Assembly: GCA_040954595.2 (NCBI GenBank)
Contig: CM082576.2
Coordinates: 19,453,028 to 19,517,027, forward strand
Source of the DNA: Balanoglossus misakiensis
Lineage: Eukaryota > Animalia > Hemichordata
Direction of reading: 5' to 3'
DNA length: 64,000 bases
Shown in pieces: positions 52,658-64,000 of the stretch. The position numbers and the translations under genes are program-made. The first letter of the stretch is position 1, and every line of letters begins with the position of its first letter. Below the pieces are notes generated by a model. The model saw only the letters and a program-made list of their open reading frames with translations, was not told the DNA's origin and ran no database searches.

Positions 52658-53367
52658 CATAACATTCTCTACTAGAAGACCTGAACAGTAAATAACTGAA
52701 ATAAAATACACAAAAGAGAATGCATCTGAATAGAACACAATTTATTAACTTGGATTGGTCATGGGCATCAGGGCGCTCTACTTAAGAAATTCTAGAACAT
52801 GTTTGTACAAGTGGCATTTTCATGAGCAGTGAGCAACGAGGCCTTTCTGGCATGTAATACTTAAAATCCAAACATCAGATTTTTTATCACACAAAATCAT
52901 ATTATATACAATGACATTATAAATGGTGTGCGCTTATATTTGGTTACGGATTTAAAACCTCTTTGAGGAAAATTTTGCAGAGAGGTCTTGTATCTACAAC
53001 CAAATAACCACTATGTTCATATCATTCAGATTGCTCAGTACTATCAGCGAGTTCACCAGTGGTTTCCAGAAATCTATAGGCTAAACATATGCCATTTTCA
53101 TTGTGCCTCCCCCCATCTATTTCAATACAATAAATAATGGCTGGCTTGATTTTTCACCAGGACTTTTCAACAATAGTTTTTGTTAAGATATAGACAACAT
53201 TCCAGATGTGTATGAAAACTCGAGGAAAATAATAACATTTGACCTGTCATCAGTTGTGAATTAATTAAATATTTTCATAAACAACACATTATAATCAAAT
53301 TTAAACTCGTATGTAATGAATAATCGTCTCAACATAAGAGCTGCTAAGGCTAGACTCAACAGCACTA

Positions 53368-53856
53368 TCAACACGAAAGAATTACTATTTTCTTGCTGAC
53401 GTATCTGGCGATTATTCTGATTTGATAGTGTGTCGTTTCTTCTTCTGGGTTGCTCATACCCTTGCTGGCTGACATTTCTTTGTCGTATGTTTGTCTCTGT
53501 GGTAGCATTGTCATTGGCATTTCTCTGGGGGTGTTTTCTGTGTTGGCAGTTGCAGGTTCTGGTGCTAGGGGAGTGTTGACATCTGCCTGGGGTGTTGCAT
53601 CGGCTGGCGGTTGAACGGTGTTGTCGTTGTTCGATGCCGCATCTCTGTGTCGTGGCGGCTGTCCGGCTCCTGCAAACGCAGCGTACTGAGACACGAATGG
53701 GTTCGGGTATGACATCTGCTGGAAGTGTTGCTGGTATGCTGCGGCTGGATAGGGTGGGGGTTGTTGGTTCGCAGAAGCTACAGGCTGGGGTGTGTTTGTG
53801 CTTGTGCTTGTTGTGGCAGTATCAGCAGAGGTTGCTATGCTTTTCTTTGTCTCTTC
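53368..53856 (-). CDS. Orphan, probably terminal exon: P/Q/T-rich disordered tail with PPPY motif
   Basis: Acceptor ttcttttatcctccacag|GAA; 162 open codons EETKKSIATS...NQQPPPYPAAAYQQHFQQMSYPNPF...ILSC*. An alternative donor AAGG|gtatga lies near 53460. Confidence 0.55.
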   Translation of the reverse strand, partial: EETKKSIATSADTATTSTSTNTPQPVASANQQPPPYPAAAYQQHFQQMSYPNPFVSQYAAFAGAGQPPRHRDAASNNDNTVQPPADATPQADVNTPLAPEPATANTENTPREMPMTMLPQRQTYDKEMSASKGMSNPEEETTHYQIRIIARYVSKKIVILSC

Positions 53857-56191
53857 CTGTGGAGGATAAAAAGAACACAGTGTTTTTGCAAAGGTCGGGG
53901 AACACTGGTAATGGATTTGGGAACCCCGTTAATATTCCTATAACCTCCTAATATAACCACATTGATACACCCAGGGGAACCCCGGTAAAATGACTGGGGA
54001 ACTCTGGTAGACTGCCTGACCACTGTGACATTGGCCTTGTTCTGTTGTTTTAATTCGGAGTGACTGGGGTACTCCGGTAGATTTTATCTAGGTACCGCCC
54101 TTAACAAAAACACTAGAACAGAATCACAATTTGGAAGGCATGAGAGGCAAATACCATTTAAGGATGTACACGCACAACATAAACTGATAAACAGTGCATG
54201 TGTGTCTGTTCCTGAAAGGATTACATCGATAATTGCCAGAAAACAAACTTCTACTATTGTCTTTTTCACGAAATTTTACACATAGCTCAGACAAGTAAAC
54301 GTAAATTCCTTGGTCAAAAAAAATTATGTGGTCACCAAGCTCTATTATGAGATAAATTGCGTTAAAATCTTCGCCCATAGACAAACCATTGGTGAAAAAT
54401 GCTGAGACAGCAAATTTCTTCTAATATCAACTAAATTCATGGCTCTGTATTTTTTTTAAAAAGGGCAATGACCCCTACAATTTTTAACGGATTCTCATTA
54501 TACATACACAGCATAATCCAAAAATCCACAATTAAAAGAATGACAATACTTTCAACGTGTATAATACCAGCATACACCTGTTTCAAGTCCAGTGTCCTAA
54601 TACACCATCATCATGAATTGGAACTCAAAGCAAGGCCAATGAGCAAACCCAGATTGACAACTCATTACACCAGCAAAGTGGTTTCTTTATGGAAGTGGTG
54701 GTACCAATAAATACTTTATTCAAGGTAAGAATTTCTTATTGTAGCAGTATTTTCATTTCCATTCATGTTTTAAAGGCCTTTTTTGTAGATTCTGAGTTTC
54801 TATGCCAGACAAAGTATGATTATTTTTCCACTAATGCAGCCTGAATTAAAGTCAACATTTTTCACCATAGGTCTTTCTATGTTATTTTTCTATAGGCATG
54901 GACACATTTAAGTTTATCTCAAAACTGAGCACAGTGGTGAGCCTACAACTTATATGAATCACTCAATTTAATTTCATTTGGATGAGTTATGAGCGAAACT
55001 TCTTAAAATTACAATAGTAGAAAAGGGTTTTCTATCAATTCTTAATGTTATCCTATGGGAAGAAACACATTCCATGAGCTCATACATGTAGTGTGTGCCA
55101 TTCTTAACCCTTTCAGTATTATATGAATCAGATATAGAAGCTTGTTCAACGTCCCGTTGCGGCCAAGCCAATCAGATTGCACGTTATGTCAATCAAAACT
55201 GAAGGATACCTAAAGTTCTCTATAAGGCACCGTCTGATTGGTTTACTAGAGTTTTCAACGGGAGCTTCTATGGGAGTTGGTCAGATGTAGTGTGAGGCGA
55301 CAGTATAAGAATACCGTACTGCGAAGTAAAAGACGTCGCCGTACCCTACATCTGATTTTAATCAGATTGTATGCACACATAAGCTGGTTTAGAATACTGA
55401 TAAACCCTGATGAAACAATCTCAGTAAAATATATACAGATGAGAATGAGAATGCAGTTAAAGTTAAATATACATTCGTTGTATCTTTTGGCTTTATTTCC
55501 AGTATTTTTGTTCTATGTAGCAAATGCGATTTCATGTTCTACTCCACACAGATTGTTACTTGTCAGCACAGAATGTATGTGTATAATGGCCATTGTCATT
55601 GTTGACAATAATTCATGGATTCTAGTCTGGACTTAAATTCCAATTTGGCACAATAACAATGCTGACCATACACATATATGTTTCATCATGTTTCGGGAAT
55701 TTGCACAAGAAACTGCTAAACAAAGATACTGAAAACATAGGAAAAAGGTAAAGGTAATGGAGCTTTAATTACAATTCACACTGTATACAAAATCCATGTA
55801 AAAATTCAAAATACTGGATTTGTCAGCTTCAACTGATATGGGGGTCACACAAGAAATTGCTAAAACGTCTCAGATCAAATACTGGCATAAATTATTATTG
55901 GTGAATGGTTTAAGTGGTCCTGAATCTTCTCAGATTTGAGACACGTCTCTTACCAGGTTCACACAGGGTAAAATTTGAGACACTATTAGTCTATGGTAAA
56001 CACAGAGCGTTAATACTTTGGGGGGGGGGGGGTTAGCTGGGCAGACCCGCCCTCCTTTATTTTTTGCCACCCTGCTATCTTACGCGCCGCCCTGCTTTCT
56101 TTTCATTCCCGCCTTGGTAAATATTTATTGTTTCTGGTGCACGCTCCCGCATGCGGCTGGCATTTGAGAGAATGATATTTATTCAGTTTAG

Positions 56192-57283
56192 GGATGTTTT
56201 GTCGCCTTTGTACAAAACACAAGCAGAAGGCCAAGTGCGGAGGGACTTGGGTTACAACATCTCCATGTACATGTACCACCCTTCGCGAAGACAAACTCAA
56301 GCAGCATGAAGAGACGATTATCGACTGGGCGGCAATGCAGCTTGACGCCGAGGCAGCAGTTATCGAGAACAGCAGCGGTCTTGTGGCTGCATTTGACAAG
56401 GTCATCACCTTTGAGACGCAAGCCTTCATGCATCGGCGTCCTACGATGCATGTATTTTCTCATGCACAGAGAATTGCCGCACACCACCAACTTCATCCAT
56501 GTTTTGGAATTGGCAAAGTCCCTCGGGTGTTCATTCCTTGGTACTCTCAGCAGTGATGACCACAACTATAATGGTTTATTGCATTGGTAAGTAGGTCTAC
56601 TGATTTTTGTGCAGATCTAAATTGTAGGCAATGTAGTAACATTTATTTAAACCTGGTTGTTTTCAAGAAAGGATCACTGTTTAAGCAATAGTGTTACACT
56701 CAATAAATAATAATTACTGTACAAATTACTGTGAATTTTGATAAGTTTAATCTGAAGAGTAATTTTCATTTATTTCATTTTTCAGGCAAAGTCATCCGTG
56801 ATGAGATTTTAGAGAAGATGAAAGGAAGTAACTTCTATTCACTGTTAATAGATGAAAACAACTGATGTGGCTGTATTGAAGCAATTAATCATCTATTCCA
56901 AGTACACCTTGAAGTCTGGGAAGTCAGTTGTGTCTTTCCTTGGAGTTAAAGAAGTAAGTGGAAAGTTTTTCAATTTTTAAGTCTACACTGAATTAAAAAC
57001 ATACGATTAAACATGTTTTTGAGTGACCTCATTTAATTGATTTTGCTGACTAGTTATTTCAGGTGAGACAAACATTGAGTTGTACATTGCATGTGTTAAC
57101 ATCAAGGTTTTATTTTCACTGTTTTAGGTTGGTGATGGCAGAGCAGACACCATTGCACAGTCAGTGAAAGAGTTTTCTTCAGAGAATGGTATTGTCTTAA
57201 GAGATCGTCTGTCTGCTTTGGGCAGTGATGGTGCTCCTGTTATGCTAGGACAGAAAGGAGGGGTGGCTACCAAACTAAAAGAA
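56192..57283 (+). pseudogene. Intron-containing hAT transposase (ZNF862-like) remnant
   Basis: Exon ~56192-56586: MFCRLCTKH zinc finger and ...CMYFLMHRELPHTTNF. Exon 56786-56953: FYSLLIDE-TDVAVLKQL. Exon 57128-57283: DGRADTI...LGSDGAPVMLGQKGGVATKLKE. Frameshifts near 56430 and 56860. Confidence 0.8.
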
Positions 57284-58092
57284 GTGAGTGAAATTTTGAG
57301 TTGTGAAGACATTGTGATTTTGTAAGTTTTTAGTTGGTGTCTTTATATCGTGACAATAATAATAGTAATAATTAAAGCTGCAAGCAGCATTGAAGGGGCC
57401 CAAGCATAGAGATAATAACCATTAGACTCCATTCAGGGTTGTACCATTCAATTGCGTAGGCTGTATTTGCTCTGGATGTGGAGATATGGGGAAGTAGGCA
57501 ACCACCCGAAATGGATGTCCTACAAGTACAAACACAACAACCACAAGTGAACTTCTACGTTATGTAAGGACTTCAGTTAAGTACTTCAAAGGTCAGCTGA
57601 GGGTACCCAAAAATTGGGCCAAAAATTTGGATTCCTATTTGGTTCATATTCAAGACAACGGAAAATTCTCGCCCTTTGGGTTTTTAAAATTAGGTATGGC
57701 CATAATAATGAGTTACGCAAGTAAGTTACAGGTGGCCCTAGGAATTTAGCATTTCATGACGGTCCTACCCTACCCCTCCAAACACGTGGCTATATATGAT
57801 GTGCATGCTAACATATGGAAAGCAGGTCAATGGACACCTGAGGTCATTCAAAAATTTGACAGAAAAATTTCATTCCTGTTTATGTCTTGTGCAACAAATC
57901 CTACATTTGCAGCCCTTTCACTTTGCCTAACATTAGGTATGCACGTAATACATGAATCAAGCAGGTGTCAAAGGTATCCCCCTGTATTTGGCATTTCATG
58001 ATAGTTTCATCCCTCCAAATACCAAAGCTGCACCTGTACAACGGGATGAGATATGGCACTGTATGACAGAGGTCATCCAAATCACCTTATAC

Positions 58093-58985
58093 ATCAATCA
58101 ATCAATCAATCAATCAGAGAAATTTGTATAGCGCCAGTATCTATAACAAGTGTCATACTCAAAGGCGCTTGTGCTCATTGGCCCACACCATATGCTCTTG
58201 CGAAATAATGCGTCTTCAGTCTTTTCTTAAAGATACTCAAACTTGGAGCTTGACGAATGTTCCACAGTTTCGTTGCAGCATGAGAGAATGCTCGGCCACC
58301 GTATGAAGAACGTTTGTACATTGTAGTGCATAAAAGGCTCTTATTAGCTGAACGAAGCCTGCGACCAGGAGAATATGTCCGAATGAGATCGTGGATATAG
58401 TTCGGAGCGAGATTATTTAAGGCTTTGTATGTGAGCAGATTTATTTTATACTCTATCCTGTGGCGAACTGGTAACCAATGAAGAAGTTGAAGAACTGGCG
58501 TTATATGGGCAGACTTCCTGGACCGAGTTATGATTCTTGCAGCTGTATTTTGTGTGCGTTGTAGAAGGTTCAGACTGCGTTCTGGTATACCATACAGTAA
58601 TGCATTACCATAGTCGAGTTTCGCTGCCAAAATAGCATGAATCACTGTTTGACATGTTGCTTTGTTAAGAAATTTCCTGATTTGTCCGACACGGCGAAAG
58701 TGGTAATATATTGATTGACAAGTTTTCTTGATGTGATCTTTATACATGTGCGTATTGTCAAATATTACACCAATATTGCGAGCTGATTTAACGACGGGAA
58801 CAGAGCTTGAACCAATGCTAATCTTGTCAATAGCATCAGCAGAGTGATGAAATTGTGAACGAATAAGTAGAATCTCAGTTTTTGGAGTCGTTGAGTTGAA
58901 GCTTGTTTTGGGTCATCCAGTCCTTAAGATCACGGATACAGGCCTCAATGGACATTTGGGCAAAAACCAACTGACACTTACATTC
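58093..58985 (-). mobile_element. 5'-truncated L2-type LINE
   Basis: WMTQNKLQLNDS-KTE, AKLDYGNALLYG, LQRTQNTAARII, HITPVLQLLHWLPV and a (TGAT)n tail at 58093-58116. Confidence 0.9.
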
Positions 58986-59659
58986 GTCCCTGTGGAACAA
59001 AAACCACACCTATCGCCCTGTTGGTTAGTGTCTAATTAAATGTACAAAATCAATGACTTAGGCAGGTGCAACAGACGACCCCGCCTTTGGTATATCATTA
59101 TGGTCCCATCCGTATATGCCCCCCCCCCCTCCCAAGCCAAAGCTGCATGCATCTGCTGTGGATGCTCACTAAGCAAAAGTAGGTGAAAGGTCACATAAGG
59201 TCGCCCACAACTTGACGGGAAAATCGGACTTCATATTGATCCATGTGCAACAAATAGCACGCTACCACCCCTTTCATTGACCCCACAATTACGCATGCAC
59301 ATAATTATTGAGTTATGCAGGTGTCACAGGTGACACCCGAATCGGGTGTATTATTTTAGTCCCATACAGCTGCATGTAGCTGCGTGCCGTTACGGGCGAC
59401 CTGATAACCCACACGGCCACCTGCGGGCCGACTCCCATACTGAACGTCCAGTTGCAACATCACGACTGAAGTAGGAACTTTTGAACGGCAACGAAGCCTG
59501 ATCTCTGATTATTGCTGGTACCATACTCCTGTCGTGCAAGAAAATCACTGGTCTGCTGACGTATTTCAGCCAATTTCCCAAACTACTATCCACTACATGT
59601 GACTACAATGCTAATGAAACCTCCCACAACATTAGCGACTTAGGGTCAAAGTCCACTGT

Positions 59660-62215
59660 TTTAAATTTTTTCATCGGTTTTACTTTAAAGGATGCCCACA
59701 AATTGCAACAGTAAATATTACTACAATATGCCAAAAATAAAACTTTCTTCACATCTTGACTAAAATGTTGAAAATGTCTCAATAGCATGTTTGCTCTAAC
59801 ACAAAATGCTCTTCTCTGTCGTTCAATATCTTCATTATCACAACCCTCACAAGATATAACATGGCCCAGATAGGTGTGTACAGGTACAAACTTTAAAGTG
59901 ATGTCATTAAGTTTAACCGAAGGAATTCTTTGAACGCTCATATTCTTCCCATTAAAAAGCATGCACACAGTTTTACTAGAATTATAAATTATATCATAAT
60001 CATTGCCATAAATTTCACAAATTCTAAGAAGACGGTGTAGACCCTTAATACTTGGACTGAGTAGAGTCATGTCGTCAGCGTAACCTAAAGTGTTAGCGCT
60101 GACACCACACATGGTACAGCCAACTTTGGCTTTACAGAGTGCATTGATAAGATCATCAATGTAGACATTAAAAAGATAGGGAGAGAGTACTCCCCTTGTC
60201 TTACACCGTTAGAAACAGAAAACAACTCTGAGGTTTCATTACCCCACAACACAGTAAACAATTGATTTCTGTACCATTAAAGGTCACATGTCATGCTTTG
60301 GAAAGTTTTCATTTTTCCACGTCAAAAGCTCACCTAGGGTACCTGTCTATGCATTGCCTATTGTGTCGGTTCCGAAAAATGTGCACGAATGCCGGAATTT
60401 GCCACCTTTTTTCATGCCTGTGATCGGGGAGCCACTTCGCACTCGAGCCAGGCGAAGGTATTTGCATATGGACAAACAAGTACACTATGTCGTAGTGTAC
60501 CATTCTGTTTACAGTAAAGTGTAATTATCGGTCCATGAGTAATTAAGTCCACAGACAAAGATAAGCTATATAAACAGTGTTCAAAGCAAAGGAAGCCCTT
60601 GCCTCACATTGCAGGCAGAGGATTTACAAAGGTGTGAAAGACTATTTGTCCACATCAAGATAAGTCTTCGGCTTAACTTCGAAAAGCCCGAAAAAATCGA
60701 CTGAGTTGGGTTAGGGGTACACGCCCACCCGCCACTTTTACTTGCTTGTTATCTAAGCACAAGGGGCAAAACGCATTGCAAGATAGTAACATACGTTAAC
60801 TTCAAGACCCAAATAGTGATTTTACGCGTGGTTGTATAGGGCATGGCATGGGACCTTTAATATAAAATTCGTACAGCATACAAGGGAACATTCCTGTCGA
60901 TGAGCTTGTTAACCAGTTTAAAGTGATTAACTCTGTCAAAAGCTTTTGAAGCATCCAGAAAACAAGTAAACACTGGTCTTCCATTGCTGGTGTAGTAGCT
61001 AATGATTTCTTTAAATGCAAATAAACACAGGTCAGTTGAATGTTCTCGCTTGAAACCAAATTGTAAATAATGAGAGGTAAGAAACTCCTCACAACGAGAA
61101 AGTAAAATAGGCTCAAAAACTTTAGAGAAAACAGTTGCTAGTGCTATCGGCCGGTAGTTACTGGCATCACTACAAAGCTTAGTTTTATCCTTAATTGGAA
61201 CTAAAATAACGTTGATAGCCTCAGTTTGCAGGTAACCATGAACAATCAAGTCAAAATGGGTAAAATAGAGGAGTCTGAGAATTTGAGGTGCTCAGCTGAA
61301 ATATTGTCAATGCCAGCTGTCTTATCGTCAGGTAACTTATGTATAGCAGAAATTACTTCTTCTTCAGAAACATACATATCAGAAGAAAATTTAACATACT
61401 TCATTTTCTCCTCGATGTCATTTTTACCAGTCTGAGCCTGGACAGAATTCAAAATATCACTGAAATGCTTGTGCCACATAATTGCAATTTCACTCTCACC
61501 AGTCGCTCCACCTACAGTGTCAGAAAGCGGCATTTTTCTGCTAGTTTGCTTTCTGACTTCCTTCCAGAAGTCGTTCTGTTTGTGGCAGCGTAAATTGTCA
61601 GCCATCTTGTCAGCCCTATTTTGATTCTCAATCTTTTTACAAGCACGTAAAGCATACTTAAAACGAGCTCTGGAAGATTTCATGGTTTCAAAAAGCGGGC
61701 CTTGTTAAGGTTTACCCCCATTAACCCATAATAAAAACATGGAACGGGCATAGTCGTGACTTTCTTTTACAAAATCGTTCCAGCCAGGCACAACATGAAC
61801 TTTCTGGTGAAACTTACGCCTAATGGTATCTTTTGCAGCACAATTCAATGCGTCCACAACACTACTATAACAAGTATCAATTGCCTGTAAATGCGAAGGG
61901 TATGTACAGTTCACATTAGTGCAGAATAACTCTTCGGATAAATTAATCTTATCAACCTTGGCTTTGGTACAACGGGTGTAGGCGGATATATTCTGCTGTG
62001 ACAATTTTTTCCAATCAACTCGAAAATTACATTGCTTGAAGGAACTACTGCTGAAGCATTCATCAGCAGAAGTGTTGAAATGAACCTCTATTGAAACAGG
62101 AATATGGTCGGAGTCAACAACATTGCAAAGACTCGAAATTGAAAGAACATTGCTATAAAAAATTTTAGTGGTAACACAGTGGTCAATCCAAACTCAGCGT
62201 AATTCAATAAAACGC
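59660..62215 (-). mobile_element. Degenerate APE-RT LINE ORF2 fragment (clade unresolved)
   Basis: Endonuclease motifs WIDH and SDHIP; RT motifs NYRPIAL, QFGFK, FLDASKAFDRV, LSPYLFNVYIDDL and YADD. Several stops and a frameshift. Confidence 0.9.
60281..60856. mobile_element. Kolobok-type MITE inside the LINE RT
   Basis: TTAA on both sides. TIR aggtcacatgtcatgc / gcatggcatgggacct (14/16). Removing it rejoins RILY*WYRNQ. Confidence 0.85.
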
Positions 62216-63521
62216 CCTAACACAGCCTGAACTCCGATAATGTGTTGTCCCAAAATTCATTCCGTGGAAAATAATCACTGGTCTGTTTACGTATTTCAGC
62301 CGATTTTCCAAGGACTACTGCAACTCGCCAGAAGTGAGTAGCCTGCTAATGAGATCTCCACAACATTACGTAATGACGGTCAAAGTCCGATGCCCCAGTG
62401 TCCGTCCTCAGCCCACCAAAAAATGCGAAAAAATATTACAAAAATCTTCTTCTCAAAATCGACGTGGCCTAGGACCTTGAAATTTGGCACAGGGGATTTT
62501 GGCCACATGGTCTACAAAAATCGCGAAAAGAATGTACATGCCCCCATTAACGTGCAAATTAGGTCAATTTGAAAATTTCGCTCGATTATAGCCACAAAGT
62601 CACGTGACTAATTACAAATTCAAAGGGCAGGTGCACCAGTACTCATGGGCCCCAACCACCGTGCCAAATTTGGAGGCGCACCTGCCGGAATTTCAGAGAA
62701 AAACGGGCGCAAAAAAACGACTCAAGAAGAAAGAAGACAAACTCCAGCAATAACAGAAGGGGACCAAGCGCCTGAGGGCTCTTGGTCCCCTAAATATGGG
62801 ACTAAACTTGACAGATACCCGGAATATTTTCCTATTTAGGATACCTGGTTGCATTTCCACCTAAAGGCGTCCTATTGGCGTGGAAATTTTATAACTTGAA
62901 ATCGTTTGACTGGGTGATAGGTATTAATATCTTATGATGTTATAAAACACTTGGCTCGCCGAAGGTAAGGACCGATTATAGCGTCAGTCGTGTCATAAAA
63001 TATATATGAACGTCATGGGTCAATAAACTTGATGGTCCAATAAAATTTAATGGTTCGTAAAACTATTGTGTCCAATGTCTGCAGAGTATACTGGCTGCAA
63101 CATGTGTATGAGTCAGGATTAACGGCTGTAGCCATCAACCCAAAAGGTGAACGTCCTATTCTCACTAACTTAAATAGGTTTTGCGACCTAGTTGAGTGAT
63201 AAAAACCTTATGATAAAGTCGACACAATTTCAAGATGACGATGTGCAAATGAGAGTTCATAAGCTAAAGTAAAGTTCAATGAATTCTATACAAAGTTCAA
63301 AAAAGATTTTTTACTAAAGGAAGACATGAAAAAACTGATATCGTCTCTTCATATTCGTACATGTCCAACTGTTGTGATTTGACCCCCCCCCCCATGGTAC
63401 ATGAACCTATTACTTAGTACACACTTAAACAATTGGCATTTGAAGTGCCTTGCTTGACAGTGTTTAATGCGGTGGTCAGCCGCGTTTATCTCTCGCCACT
63501 TCATGCATCATGTCGCCTTAA

Positions 63522-64000
63522 AGGGACAAACTCTCTCTCTCGTCGCCCTTTTCTATTAATTATGTTTGATACAAGACACCGTTTATATTAATGGGCATGT
63601 GTATATGTAGTGAATGAACGTTCAACCACACACAACTTCCATCCTGCTTGTATGATATGAGAGTAAAAACTCGCCCAAAATGAATTAATGGTAGAGACCG
63701 ATTTTTCAGTTTTGCGAGTTTTCGCTCTCGTGTCTACATGCGGGATAGAAGGTGTGTGCGGTTGAACGTTGCATCACTATATATCCACATTTACATTAAT
63801 ATAAACGGTGTTTTGTATCAAACATGGAAAAGGGCAGCGAGTTAAGGATGTACGATCAGTAAAATTGAAAGCATTGTCATTTCTTTTAATCGTGAATTTT
63901 CGTTTCTGATTTGTATGTATAATGAAAATCCATTTTGGGTCACTGCACTTGTTTTCGACTTTAAACAAGGCCGTGAATTTAGTCGACAATTGAAGAAAAC
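63522..64000. mobile_element. Two abutting Kolobok-type elements
   Basis: 63522-63841 is a relative of 42428-42774. Its right TIR is replaced at TTAA 63842 by ggatgtac..., a family also seen at about 6003, about 7240-7580 and about 54162. Confidence 0.65.

Larger units (their letters stand above)
57373..62794. mobile_element. Helentron/HINE-like element hosting nested LINEs
   Basis: Left end taaagctgcaagcagc..ggggcccaagc; right hairpin ggggaccaag..cttggtcccc-taa. Degenerate internal repeats at 59540-59660 and 62270-62390. A similar left end lies at about 25372. Confidence 0.5.

Noticed and set aside
55134-55270. Academ-like MITE tagaagct..agcttcta
   Set aside because: Short degenerate inverted repeat with no TSD; too weak to call.

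Overview
This is AT-rich, intron-containing, repeat-dense animal DNA. It is probably a marine invertebrate, perhaps a deuterostome, but that is inference. Nothing looks prokaryotic: no CRISPR array, rRNA or tRNA. (1) 0.66-7.8 kb: ten + strand exons (CUB, Sushi, cbEGF) of an uninflatable(uif)-like extracellular protein gene. It has an in-frame TGA, a missing half-CUB exon and a frameshifted, transposon-truncated Sushi exon, so it is probably a pseudogene or partial duplicate. (2) 8.6-22.55 kb: a ~14-kb satellite of 90-bp and 74/75-bp units with higher-order structure and one palindromic TTAA-flanked insertion. All long ORFs there are repeat artefacts. (3) 22.6-43 kb: a 50-bp minisatellite, Helentron/HINE-like repeats and a ~5-kb tandem duplication. 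The duplication carries two paralogous mini-exons, one internally inverted so that the spliced product would fold into a hairpin. (4) 43-64 kb: nested transposon relics (P-like and AcademH-like MITEs, a 4-kb foldback element, an intron-containing hAT/ZNF862-like pseudogene, two LINEs and many Kolobok-type MITEs) plus one orphan PPxY exon. No intact gene was found.
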